IMG/VR virus record: IMGVR_UViG_3300027819_000009
Span: 1 to 64,000 of that record
Source: a virus
Taxonomy: Duplodnaviria; Caudoviricetes
Strand: one strand, 5' to 3'
DNA: 64,000 nucleotides
The notes beneath the pieces were generated by a model. It was not told the DNA's origin. It saw nothing but the letters and a program-made list of their open reading frames with translations, and ran no database searches. The position numbers and the translations under genes are program-made. Positions 47,692-56,998 of this stretch are shown in pieces (within the stretch, counting starts at the first letter, position 1; each line of letters opens with the position of its first letter).

Positions 47692-47935
47692 GAGTTTGGA
47701 TGATAAAAAATTAGAGGAGGCTGTGCAGGCGATGTATAGCGGGAGCCTTGGGGCGAAGATTAAGAAAAACTCGTCGTATGTGATTACGGGGATGTTTATA
47801 GGGGGGGTTGCTGGGCTAATGATTGCAAGTTTTATGGGTAAGAGTAAATTGTGGGGTGCGGTGATTGGGGCGGGAGTTTCGGGAATTGGAGGATATATAG
47901 TTTCGAATAATACTAAAAATAAAGAAGATGAGTAA
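47684..47935 (+). CDS. Gly-zipper membrane protein
   Basis: GGVAG...GAVIGAGVSGIGG. Confidence 0.7.
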   Translation: MGKSLDDKKLEEAVQAMYSGSLGAKIKKNSSYVITGMFIGGVAGLMIASFMGKSKLWGAVIGAGVSGIGGYIVSNNTKNKEDE

Positions 47936-48278
47936 CACAGCAGAAGAAGTAATGGAAAAGGCTGGAACTAATCAGCACACCGGATCGTATGGTAATACGA
48001 AAGGCAAATCTGCTAATTCTCTTTATAAGAGTTATAAAACGTTCGTTACAGATAGGGGACAGAAACCGCTAGATTTTACTCCTTGGTTAAAATGGGCAAA
48101 GGCTAAAGGTATTGTTCCGGCTAATGTAAGTGAGAAAGAAGAGTTTAAGGCTGATGCGGAAAACAATAATACTAATGTTACTACAGATTCTATTCCTACT
48201 TGGAAAATTGCGGTTGGAGTTGTGTTGGTGGTTGGCATAGGAGTGGCTATTTATATGAATTATAAAAAACCTTCATAA
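47928..48278 (+). CDS. Virion membrane protein (C-terminal TM)
   Basis: WKIAVGVVLVVGIGVAIY. Confidence 0.7.
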   Translation: MSNTAEEVMEKAGTNQHTGSYGNTKGKSANSLYKSYKTFVTDRGQKPLDFTPWLKWAKAKGIVPANVSEKEEFKADAENNNTNVTTDSIPTWKIAVGVVLVVGIGVAIYMNYKKPS

Positions 48279-48282
48279 AAAA

Positions 48283-49068
48283 ATGAAATTCGGAGTTGCG
48301 AGAAAATACGGAGACCAGCAGATTATAATTCCTGTTCGCACAAGGAGCAAGGAGAGGATTGTTGTTAGGATATCGCATCCAACTAAACCTAATACGGTTT
48401 ATTTCGATATTGCTCCAATTATAAACGGGGAAGATGTTATTGTGGCGAAGATACCAAAGATGCCGGAAACGGTAATAATGGAGGTTTATAACGAGGCTAA
48501 TGGGCATACAGATAAGGATGGCTCGTTCCAAATTAAAGAACCGAGGATAATGCCTATTATTCAGGGCTTTGCAGTTAAGCGATTGATGGATCCGAATGTT
48601 AATCGGTTTGCTATGTTCTTGGATGATTTTGCGGAGAATGCGGCGATTATTTCGGCACAGAATAGTATTTATAGGAGTCCGGACGGAAAATTTGAGATTC
48701 ATTATAAGGATGTTATTCGGGATGATAAAGGAAATGAATTAAGGACGCCATTGCGTGTGAATAGTAAAAGCAAGATAATGGAGATTGCAAAAAAATACTA
48801 CATTACCTATACTGTTCCTGGGCGTAAGATGTGGGCTTGGCATGAGTTTGCTCATGTTTGGATAAACAATAATCCGGCAGATGAACTTGAGGCTGATAAG
48901 CATGCTATAAAAATTTACTTGGGTTATGGAAATCCAATCGCAGAGGCTTATAATGTGGTGTTGAAGGTTTTTAAGAATACGCCGTCGGATTTAAATAAGC
49001 AGAGATACTTGGCACTAAACGATTATATAAAGAATTTTAACAAAGAAATGACTAAAAACTTATCATAA
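48283..49068 (+). CDS. Zincin metallopeptidase, candidate virion maturation protease
   Basis: HEFAH followed by ELEADKHA (HEXXH...ExxAD). Confidence 0.7.
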   Translation: MKFGVARKYGDQQIIIPVRTRSKERIVVRISHPTKPNTVYFDIAPIINGEDVIVAKIPKMPETVIMEVYNEANGHTDKDGSFQIKEPRIMPIIQGFAVKRLMDPNVNRFAMFLDDFAENAAIISAQNSIYRSPDGKFEIHYKDVIRDDKGNELRTPLRVNSKSKIMEIAKKYYITYTVPGRKMWAWHEFAHVWINNNPADELEADKHAIKIYLGYGNPIAEAYNVVLKVFKNTPSDLNKQRYLALNDYIKNFNKEMTKNLS

Positions 49069-49078
49069 ACTAAAAAAC

Positions 49079-49408
49079 ATGAATAAAGTAGCAATTGGAG
49101 CATCATTATTACTAGCATTTGGTATAGGGTATGCCATAGCGAGTAGAAACAAAATCCCAGAAGGGATAGTTGTTGATTACATTAATAAGAAAAACAGAAC
49201 GTTTGATGTGTTCGTTAACTATGGCGGACAGGTTTCTTATGCTGATGAGGCGAAATGGGATCAGATTCACATCCTAACGCCGATTAATGATAACGGAAAG
49301 TATTCTTTTGGTATTGATTATGAAGGAAACAAAACGTATATAACAATTAAAGAAAGATTAACTGGAAAAGTTATTCAAGAAAAAGTTATTGATTGGGATA
49401 AAGTTTAA
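49079..49408 (+). CDS. Membrane protein (N-terminal TM)
   Basis: Hydrophobic N-terminus. Confidence 0.65.
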   Translation: MNKVAIGASLLLAFGIGYAIASRNKIPEGIVVDYINKKNRTFDVFVNYGGQVSYADEAKWDQIHILTPINDNGKYSFGIDYEGNKTYITIKERLTGKVIQEKVIDWDKV

Positions 49409-49419
49409 AAACTAATATT

Positions 49420-49911
49420 ATGGAAAAAGGAGCGAAAATAGCATTAGTGGTTGGTGGGATTGTTGTTGCCATATGTGCAGCAATAGGAATATACTATGCC
49501 ACAAGGCCTAAAGATACAACATCTGGAAATACCGGTGGTGGTTCTGGTGATGGAAGCGGAAGTGGCGGAACTGGACTGAATTTAAACATAGACCAGATAA
49601 AAGATGTTCTTGGCCAATTTGCTCAAGCGACAAAAGAGAAGTTTCCCTTCCGGATTGGTATGTACGGGCCGAATATAAAAGCTATGCAGACGGCGTTAAA
49701 GAATAAGTTCGGGCAGGATTTGAAAACTGATGGTATTTTTGGAGTTAAAACATTTAATGCTTTGAAAAAGACTGGTTATGCTACTCTTTTGGAGAATACT
49801 ATAAATGACGAGAAGTTTTTAGATATCATTGATGGTAAAAAGATAACAGGCTTTTCGGCGAATGGCGCGAAGAATGTATTAATGCCATCTGGTAATTATA
49901 TGCCGATTTAA
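49420..49911 (+). CDS. Membrane protein with a peptidoglycan-binding-like domain
   Basis: N-terminal TM, Gly linker, GMYGPNIKAMQTAL...DGIFGVKTFNAL. Confidence 0.7.
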   Translation: MEKGAKIALVVGGIVVAICAAIGIYYATRPKDTTSGNTGGGSGDGSGSGGTGLNLNIDQIKDVLGQFAQATKEKFPFRIGMYGPNIKAMQTALKNKFGQDLKTDGIFGVKTFNALKKTGYATLLENTINDEKFLDIIDGKKITGFSANGAKNVLMPSGNYMPI

Positions 49912-49923
49912 AAATAAGAAATT

Positions 49924-50370
49924 ATGACAAAAGGACAAGTTGTATTATTAACAGGAGGGGCATTGGCTACAATAGCTATTGTTTACTTCGGCTTCATTAA
50001 GGAAGATGCCGCAGGGCTTACTTGGCTTGAGAGACTTAAGTTAGGTAATGAGGGTGATGCGATTGGTGGCGGAAGTGAAACTCAAAAAGAAAACTTTGAA
50101 AAACTGCTTGTTAATACTGGATTAAAACCAACAGGAAAGGATTCTGGCGGTAAAGATGTTTTAACGATTAAATTTAACGGGGATAAAAACGTGGCAGATT
50201 TTTATACTAATAGTAGGGTTTGGATTTATATGCTTTCTCCTACGGGGGCGAAGTCTACTCCTCGCAAGGCAACTTATAGCGATGGGGGTAAAACTTTTTT
50301 AATGGATAAGGACGGAAGTCAAATAACAAAAAGCAGTGTTTTTGCAACTTTACTAGAGGCGATAAAATAA
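49924..50370 (+). CDS. Membrane protein (N-terminal TM)
   Basis: Hydrophobic N-terminus similar to that of 54892. Confidence 0.65.
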   Translation: MTKGQVVLLTGGALATIAIVYFGFIKEDAAGLTWLERLKLGNEGDAIGGGSETQKENFEKLLVNTGLKPTGKDSGGKDVLTIKFNGDKNVADFYTNSRVWIYMLSPTGAKSTPRKATYSDGGKTFLMDKDGSQITKSSVFATLLEAIK

Positions 50371-50371
50371 A

Positions 50372-50872
50372 ATGGCAGATTTAGTTATACCATATAATTC
50401 ACAACCTGACTATGATGAATGGGGGTCGGACACGTTTTGGCCTTTAGCGACATGGGTTGCTTGGCATAGGGGACTAGTGAAAAAATACGGCAGGTCTTTA
50501 AATCCTGGCGGATATCCTTTTGCGGATGCTATTTGGTTGAATGCGTGGAGTAAGCAGAGTTACGGAGCGAGTCCTTTACTAGCAATTGGTCAGCCGAGTA
50601 GATTTAAAGAGGAGACGGATTATTTAAAGAAGTTTCCTTTGCTGTACGAATACACAGGATTAAAAAAGCATGAAACAGGAATAAATCCTATTGATGCTAC
50701 ATATAAGCTGATTCAGAAATCAGCGACGGCTTTGCAGGATTTGGGAGAGGGAGTTACGGATACGATTTCCGGAGTTGGATCTGGACTTAGCGTTTTAAAG
50801 TATGCGATTCCTGTTGTTCTTGTGATTGTAATAGGAACGGGTTTATACATTGGTTACAAAAAATTAGCGTAA
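50372..50872 (+). CDS. Virion membrane protein (C-terminal TM)
   Basis: YAIPVVLVIVIGTGLYIGYKK. Confidence 0.7.
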   Translation: MADLVIPYNSQPDYDEWGSDTFWPLATWVAWHRGLVKKYGRSLNPGGYPFADAIWLNAWSKQSYGASPLLAIGQPSRFKEETDYLKKFPLLYEYTGLKKHETGINPIDATYKLIQKSATALQDLGEGVTDTISGVGSGLSVLKYAIPVVLVIVIGTGLYIGYKKLA

Positions 50873-51612
50873 TGGCAGACATTAAATATATAATTCCTTT
50901 TACTTATAAGTGGGAGGGCGGTTTAAGTAGAGCAACAACAGACTCGGCTTCGAAAAACCCTGCCAATATAAGTCCATACACTATTAATGGTCAAACTGGC
51001 TGGCATACAAATAAGGGAATTACTTATTCGGTATTTAAAGCCGGAGCATCTAAGTATGGGTATCAAGATACTTTAAATAATTGGAAAGATATGCCACACG
51101 ATATTTGGTTAAAAATAACTAAGAGTGGGTATTGGGATAGATTAAAACTTGACACCTATAATAGCCAGCCCGTAGCAAATGTAATGTTTTCATGGGTTTG
51201 GGGATCTGGATTAGCATGGCAACCAAGAATGGAGAGATATTTAAAAACGAAAGGTATTAATTGGGCTCGTAATAATTTTGGAGACTTGGCTACAAATTTA
51301 AATGGCCTAGTTACAAAAGATGGGGAGAAAAAAATATTTGATGAGTTGGTTGAGCAGAAAAAACAGTTTTTACTATCCTTAAAGGGAACAGACTCTAATC
51401 CAGTAACTGATGCAAAGCCTCAAGGGGTTTATACAGATGGGTGGATGAATAGACTTAGGGATTTACAGACGTATAGTTATACTCTGCTTAGTAAAACGAT
51501 TACGGATATAGGCGAGGGTTTAAAGAACAACAGTGGAAAGATAATAGTGTTTTTTTTTGCTTTCTCGATTATAGCGGGGGGAATAGTTTTATATAATAAT
51601 GCGAAAAGTTAA
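50872..51612 (+). CDS. GH108 lysozyme-like protein with a C-terminal membrane anchor
   Basis: WEGG...TNKGIT...YW...VMFSWVWGSG; C-terminal TM. Confidence 0.8.
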   Translation: MADIKYIIPFTYKWEGGLSRATTDSASKNPANISPYTINGQTGWHTNKGITYSVFKAGASKYGYQDTLNNWKDMPHDIWLKITKSGYWDRLKLDTYNSQPVANVMFSWVWGSGLAWQPRMERYLKTKGINWARNNFGDLATNLNGLVTKDGEKKIFDELVEQKKQFLLSLKGTDSNPVTDAKPQGVYTDGWMNRLRDLQTYSYTLLSKTITDIGEGLKNNSGKIIVFFFAFSIIAGGIVLYNNAKS

Positions 51613-51617
51613 ATAAA

Positions 51618-52355
51618 ATGGCAGAATCAAATAATAACAGACAGTACTTTAACAGCGAGGCTTCGAAAAATCGGGATACTTGGAAGTATGCTGATGCCGG
51701 TACTGAGCGAACTCTAAGGATTGGTAATGTAAGGACAAACCTATATGCCACAGGAAAGTTTGATGATGTGCTACGTGCTGAAAAATGGCATAATGCAGAT
51801 AGCGAGTCGGAAAACGAAGATTCAGTTGAGTATGAAAACGAACTTCCCGAAGAGGAATTTACAGAGGAGGAACTTCCGAAATTTCGTCATTTAGTTCGTG
51901 CAAAGAAATTAGAATATAAGGCGCAATACGGAAAGGCTCATTTACAAACAAAAACGGCTTATAAGAAAGTTTGTTTAGGCGGATGGGTAGATATTAAGGG
52001 AGACGGTAAGGGGCCTATATGGAAATCGGATATTAATTGCACGAATATTCCTTATCCACAAATCACATGGGTTTGGGGATGGAGAAAAAAGTGGAGAGAG
52101 TTTAAACAGGCTGGTGGATTAGCACAGTTAAAAATGCAATCTAAAGGAACGGCACCAATACCAGGATACGTGCCTGATGCTAATGCGGGAAATGGAAGTG
52201 GAACTGGGACTGGCACAGGAACAGGAAACAAGCCACCAAAACCAGATATTACGCTTGATTTACCTGAAAAACAAGAGGCATCAATGGTTACTAATGTAGT
52301 TGGTGGCATTTTAGTTGTTGGGCTTTTAATTGGAATATTTAAAACTTTAAAATAG
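51618..52355 (+). CDS. Virion membrane protein (C-terminal TM)
   Basis: N-terminal leader resembles capsid candidate 2; GT-rich linker. Confidence 0.7.
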   Translation: MAESNNNRQYFNSEASKNRDTWKYADAGTERTLRIGNVRTNLYATGKFDDVLRAEKWHNADSESENEDSVEYENELPEEEFTEEELPKFRHLVRAKKLEYKAQYGKAHLQTKTAYKKVCLGGWVDIKGDGKGPIWKSDINCTNIPYPQITWVWGWRKKWREFKQAGGLAQLKMQSKGTAPIPGYVPDANAGNGSGTGTGTGTGNKPPKPDITLDLPEKQEASMVTNVVGGILVVGLLIGIFKTLK

Positions 52356-52361
52356 AAAAAA

Positions 52362-52928
52362 ATGGTAAACAAATTCAGTATATTAAAATTTGATGATGCC
52401 GTAGTGGCATCGTATCATTCGGCAGATGGGCCAGTCCCAGAGGAATTTAATTTATCAAAATACAATGGCGTGTTAGGTCAAGGATACACAGACTCTAATC
52501 TTGTGTTTTTAATTGATAATACTTACTTGCCAGAAGTAAACGGGTTAATACAACAGTATAAAGAGAAGAAGATGGTATTGGGCTCTAGTCCACAAAATAG
52601 CTTTTTAAAACAACAATATGCTGATTATATAGCAACTATGTCGCAGGTTAAGAGTGAGTTGACTATTATAAGAAATGCTGCAAAAGGTAGGATTCAATAT
52701 GCTGTTGATCACCCACAGTCTGTTATTGGAGAGGGGACAGATCTTGGGCAGGTAAATCTTAATTTTGGTAGCCCCAAAACAGATGGTGGTAAGGGAAGGA
52801 ATGTTGGCGAGACGGTTAATGTTGATTTAAATTTACCAAAAACACAAAAAGCATCGCTTACAGGGAATATAATCGGAACAGTCCTTATTTTAGGATTAGT
52901 TTTCGGAGCAATAAAATTTATGAAATAA
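52362..52928 (+). CDS. Virion membrane protein (C-terminal TM)
   Basis: SADG motif; tail homologous to 51618. Confidence 0.7.
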   Translation: MVNKFSILKFDDAVVASYHSADGPVPEEFNLSKYNGVLGQGYTDSNLVFLIDNTYLPEVNGLIQQYKEKKMVLGSSPQNSFLKQQYADYIATMSQVKSELTIIRNAAKGRIQYAVDHPQSVIGEGTDLGQVNLNFGSPKTDGGKGRNVGETVNVDLNLPKTQKASLTGNIIGTVLILGLVFGAIKFMK

Positions 52929-52935
52929 AAACATT

Positions 52936-53340
52936 ATGCCAGGAACATTAGAAAATCCATCAGGAAACACAGGAAGGGGATCTGCTCCAACATCTGAACA
53001 GTATGCTCAGTGGGCGCAACAGTCTGCTGCTCTTGCGGCTCAAATCGCAGAGGCTAAAAATAAGAGAGATGCTTTAATGGCTCAGACGGGATGTAAAAAG
53101 CCGTTAATAATGGCTGGTAAAAAGAAAAAAGCGTATTTGGCATGTTTGGAGAATTACAAAGCAAAAGTTGAGGCAGCAAAACAAGCGGATAGAGATTTGG
53201 TTCGTATGCAACTGGAAATGAGAAGGCTTGATGCTCTGCAAAATAAAGGCTTAAGTACCGGCGCATGGATAGCGATATCGGTTGGTGCAGCATTGTTAAT
53301 TACCGGAGTTGTGGTATTGGTAGTAAAATTAAAAAAATAA
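52936..53340 (+). CDS. Helical virion membrane protein (C-terminal TM)
   Basis: GLSTGAWIAISVGAALLITGVVVLVV. Confidence 0.7.
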   Translation: MPGTLENPSGNTGRGSAPTSEQYAQWAQQSAALAAQIAEAKNKRDALMAQTGCKKPLIMAGKKKKAYLACLENYKAKVEAAKQADRDLVRMQLEMRRLDALQNKGLSTGAWIAISVGAALLITGVVVLVVKLKK

Positions 53341-53344
53341 AATT

Positions 53345-54526
53345 ATGACAACAGAAGAACGCAGAATTAAAATACTTGAAAAGCGACTAAGGCTTTTAGG
53401 TGAGTATCTTGAGAGATTCTCTGATGGCGATGGGCCATCATTTGCCGAGTTTGCAAAATCGAAAGATATTACTTATGAGATGTTTGTTAAAGACTTGCCT
53501 CCTGGATTTGAGAATGTTCCGGCGAGTGGATACGATAATGTTTTAGAATATGCCCTACAGCTAAATGAGCTTCTTAACGGACAGCGTAACCTTTCCGAAA
53601 TGGAGGAGATAGCGGCTGATGGAAACAACCTTGAAAGAGGAGTAACTGACTATTATGGGCAGTATATCAGAGAGGATTGCGGATGTGGTGGTGGTAGTGA
53701 AGATGATAATAGTGCTAGTGCTGACGGGGATGAATTTTCGGCAGCAGGATGTGGTTTGCCTCCAGTTCCGCCTCCGTTTCCAAATCCTAAAAAGACAAAT
53801 AATGCCATTACTAGAGCGGCGAGAAAATCATGGGATAAGTATAAAGAAAAACATGCTAAATACAGAAGGTGTGTGAACGCTCAAAAAGAAAAGAGAAAAG
53901 GATATTCTCTTAACGATAAGGCATCTCACGCTCTGCATCTTTCAAATCCATCAGAGGCTATCGGACGGGTGGCGTTTTTAAAACTAATAGCATTAAATAT
54001 TTTTGGATTAGCTCAGACTTATGAAAGAATGAGAAGTCATCCGAATCAAACCCATTGGGACAGAATGAAAAAATTATGGTACAGGCTCGGTGGATCGGAG
54101 GTAAAATTAGATAAAAACATAAGCATTGGAAGAGGAAAAAAGCCTATATTTAGACCGAAAGGATGGAAACCAAAACCATTAAATGCGGATGGGGGGATTT
54201 ACTCGGCGGATGGTGGTGTTTGGCATAATGCTTACGATGGGATTGCTATCGGTGGAATGATTACTGCGGCCACTGGATTGATTGGATCTGTTGCTCCGAT
54301 TATAAAATCCTTCAAAAAGGATAACGCAGAGCCCGATGCCGACACTTATGACCCTTTAAATCCAGACATGAGGCTTCCTGAAGACACCGAACTCCCAGAT
54401 GATACCGGAGTTGATGGAGATGGGCTAACCACTAATCAATGGATTGGAATATCGGCAGGGGTAGCTGTGGTTCTTGGGGTTATTATATTTGCAGGATATA
54501 AAATGAGTAAAGAAATAATAAATTAA
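53345..54526 (+). CDS. Large virion membrane protein with multiple ADG motifs
   Basis: AADG, SADG, NADG, SADG; C-terminal TM. Confidence 0.75.
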   Translation: MTTEERRIKILEKRLRLLGEYLERFSDGDGPSFAEFAKSKDITYEMFVKDLPPGFENVPASGYDNVLEYALQLNELLNGQRNLSEMEEIAADGNNLERGVTDYYGQYIREDCGCGGGSEDDNSASADGDEFSAAGCGLPPVPPPFPNPKKTNNAITRAARKSWDKYKEKHAKYRRCVNAQKEKRKGYSLNDKASHALHLSNPSEAIGRVAFLKLIALNIFGLAQTYERMRSHPNQTHWDRMKKLWYRLGGSEVKLDKNISIGRGKKPIFRPKGWKPKPLNADGGIYSADGGVWHNAYDGIAIGGMITAATGLIGSVAPIIKSFKKDNAEPDADTYDPLNPDMRLPEDTELPDDTGVDGDGLTTNQWIGISAGVAVVLGVIIFAGYKMSKEIIN

Positions 54527-54570
54527 ACATCAATAAATAAAGGTAATTATATATTTATTGATACAAAAAA

Positions 54571-54867
54571 ATGAGAAAGCTAATTAGAAATATAAAATAT
54601 GGGTTAGATTTCCGTAAAACAGCTAATAACTTGCGGAAAATAATCGAAGCCACTTTTATTACAGAATTTAAAATTACTAATCCTAAAATAAAGGTTAATT
54701 TTCGGTTTGGGTACGCACAATATTTTTATAGACCATCTGTGTGGTTTGGAACAAGGCAAATTGGTATTATAAGGGAAGATTACCAAGATTCTGGGTGGGT
54801 TTCTTCATTTTATACAATAAAACAGTATTTAGAACTGAAGAAAAAATTAGTATCAACAAATATATAG
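54571..54867 (+). CDS. Hypothetical protein
   Basis: 98-aa ORF. Confidence 0.5.
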   Translation: MRKLIRNIKYGLDFRKTANNLRKIIEATFITEFKITNPKIKVNFRFGYAQYFYRPSVWFGTRQIGIIREDYQDSGWVSSFYTIKQYLELKKKLVSTNI

Positions 54868-54891
54868 TTACCTAAATAAAAAACAAATAAT

Positions 54892-55242
54892 ATGGAAAAA
54901 GGAATGAAAATAGGGTTAGGGATTGGTGGAGCCGCCCTTGCTATCGCTGTAATTTACTTTGGTTTTACAGAAAAGGGTAAACAACAATGGTCTGTAATGT
55001 TTGACCCAACAAAAGGAGGTACAAATGTTCCGCCAAGAACAGGAACAGCCGAAGATGGGGGCAAGAGCAGAGATGTTGGTGCGGATGGGTTAAATACACG
55101 CATAAGAAAAGGATCAGGTTCTGTCGGTTCTGGAAAGTGGATTATTAAAGGTGATATGATAGGAAAATCATGTCCGTCTGGTCAATATCCAATATATCTA
55201 GAGGGAGAGAAAAAATGGGTTTGTGCCATATCTGATAGATAA
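54892..55242 (+). CDS. Membrane protein (N-terminal TM)
   Basis: GADG motif; C-terminal Cys pair. Confidence 0.65.
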   Translation: MEKGMKIGLGIGGAALAIAVIYFGFTEKGKQQWSVMFDPTKGGTNVPPRTGTAEDGGKSRDVGADGLNTRIRKGSGSVGSGKWIIKGDMIGKSCPSGQYPIYLEGEKKWVCAISDR

Positions 55243-55306
55243 TTTATAATCTTTTATAATAAAGTTGTATTTTTGAGGCTTTAAACCTATTAATACAATC
55301 TCTATC

Positions 55307-56038
55307 ATGGCGGAAGTAAAAAACAATGTCTTTGCTGATAAACTAGCGGGGCTTAAATTAGATTATGAAGATTATGGGCGTTTACCGATGCGAATGGATG
55401 TCCAAGCTCTTGTTGCACCAGATGGTAAAAACACAGCAGATGTTGTTTCGCAATTTGATAAACTTCAGTACATAAGAGAGCATTTAAAAAAGATTGATGA
55501 TTACATTAAGGCAAAAACGAATGTTCCTATTAATGAGTGGAGTGCAAAGAATAACAAAAATCTAAGCACTAAAGTTCTTTCAAAGCTAAAAGGTCATACT
55601 AACGAAACTGGAGGTATTTCAAAATACTTTCATGATTTACAAACTATTTATGACTCCGAAGAGGCTCTTTATGATAAAATGGAGGCCGACTGCAAATCGG
55701 ACGAGGCATCAAATAAGATGTTTTACGGAATGCGGGCGGATAGGGATGAGAAGAGAAAAACAAGATCCGCAGAGAGAAAACTTTTAGTAAAGGATTTAAA
55801 GAAAGACGGGAAGGGATTCTTGTTTGTTGAAGTTGAGGAAGCGCCGGTTGCGAAAGAGGAAGTGAAAAAAGAAGAGAAGGAAAATGAACATGCTGCCGAT
55901 GGGGATTCGAAGGAGAAAATTGAAAAGGAAGTTGATAAGATACAAAAGACCACAAAGAACGTGGGGATTTACATTGCCGGCTTTACAATACTGCTTACTG
56001 CGGTTATAGTTGTAGCCTCGGCAACAAAAGAAAAATAA
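55307..56038 (+). CDS. Virion membrane protein (C-terminal TM)
   Basis: AADG motif; TATTTTTG promoter at 55268-55275. Confidence 0.7.
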   Translation: MAEVKNNVFADKLAGLKLDYEDYGRLPMRMDVQALVAPDGKNTADVVSQFDKLQYIREHLKKIDDYIKAKTNVPINEWSAKNNKNLSTKVLSKLKGHTNETGGISKYFHDLQTIYDSEEALYDKMEADCKSDEASNKMFYGMRADRDEKRKTRSAERKLLVKDLKKDGKGFLFVEVEEAPVAKEEVKKEEKENEHAADGDSKEKIEKEVDKIQKTTKNVGIYIAGFTILLTAVIVVASATKEK

Positions 56039-56039
56039 A

Positions 56040-56579
56040 ATGAGCAGAGTTTGGAGAAATATAGCGGCTGTAGGTGTGGCAATAGTAGTGCCACTTGGCT
56101 TCTATGCATACTTTTCAGTTAAACTTCTAACTCAAATCGCTGTTAGTGTTTTTAGTATAAAAATTAAAAGTGTAGGGGCGGGATTTATTGATTTAGTGCT
56201 TACTCTTCGAGTTGAGAATCCCGCAAATGTAGGGGTTTCTATTGAGGGGTATGATATGAAAATAAAGATTAACGGGGCAGATGTGGCTGATATAAAAAAC
56301 ACAACTAGTAAAAAACTCGAATCGAAGGCCGTATCTTACCTTGATATTCCGATTACAATAAAATATCCAGAGTTTGCTAGTAAGGTAAAATTTAATGAAA
56401 TACTTCAGTACTTATTACTGAGTAAATTTGAGAAAATTTCGTTAACTTTGGATGGCGCCATTTTAGGATCCGTTGCTAAAGTTCCGGTTGCTACAAGTAT
56501 AAAGGCTACTCTTACAATGCGGGACATAATGGATAAGAAGGATCCGAAATTTGATATTGGTAAAATAAAGTTTTTTTAA
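56040..56579 (+). CDS. LEA_2/WHy-domain protein with N-terminal TM
   Basis: LTLRVENPANVGVSIEGYDMKIKING. Confidence 0.75.
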   Translation: MSRVWRNIAAVGVAIVVPLGFYAYFSVKLLTQIAVSVFSIKIKSVGAGFIDLVLTLRVENPANVGVSIEGYDMKIKINGADVADIKNTTSKKLESKAVSYLDIPITIKYPEFASKVKFNEILQYLLLSKFEKISLTLDGAILGSVAKVPVATSIKATLTMRDIMDKKDPKFDIGKIKFF

Positions 56580-56581
56580 TT

Positions 56582-56986
56582 ATGGGATTTATAGACAACA
56601 AAGTAAAAAAGACATTTGAAAAGATTTTTAAAGGCGTTGCAAAAGAAATCAACTGCGATGTATCTGAGGTAAAAATTGGAATCGTTTATAAAGACGGTCA
56701 GATTGTTTACGAGGCTTATAGGGGGAATGAAAAAGAAAAGGACATTAAACTATCTGACTATTTAAATATGTTTGACTCTGCTCCACATGTAATTGAGGCA
56801 ACAATAGGACAAGCGAGCGGAAGATATGCCTCAGAGGTTGCTACAAAGTTAAACAAGGAAGTGCATCCGAATGATGTAAGTATAATTTTTAAAGATGTCC
56901 CAGGAGAAATTCCACGTGCTGTTTTAATGGCATTCGGACAAAAACAAAGAGAAATTGATGTAAAAACAGAATTTTCACAAAGTTAA
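56582..56986 (+). CDS. Hypothetical protein
   Basis: ORF in the virion operon. Confidence 0.65.
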   Translation: MGFIDNKVKKTFEKIFKGVAKEINCDVSEVKIGIVYKDGQIVYEAYRGNEKEKDIKLSDYLNMFDSAPHVIEATIGQASGRYASEVATKLNKEVHPNDVSIIFKDVPGEIPRAVLMAFGQKQREIDVKTEFSQS

Positions 56987-56998
56987 AAAAATAAAAAG

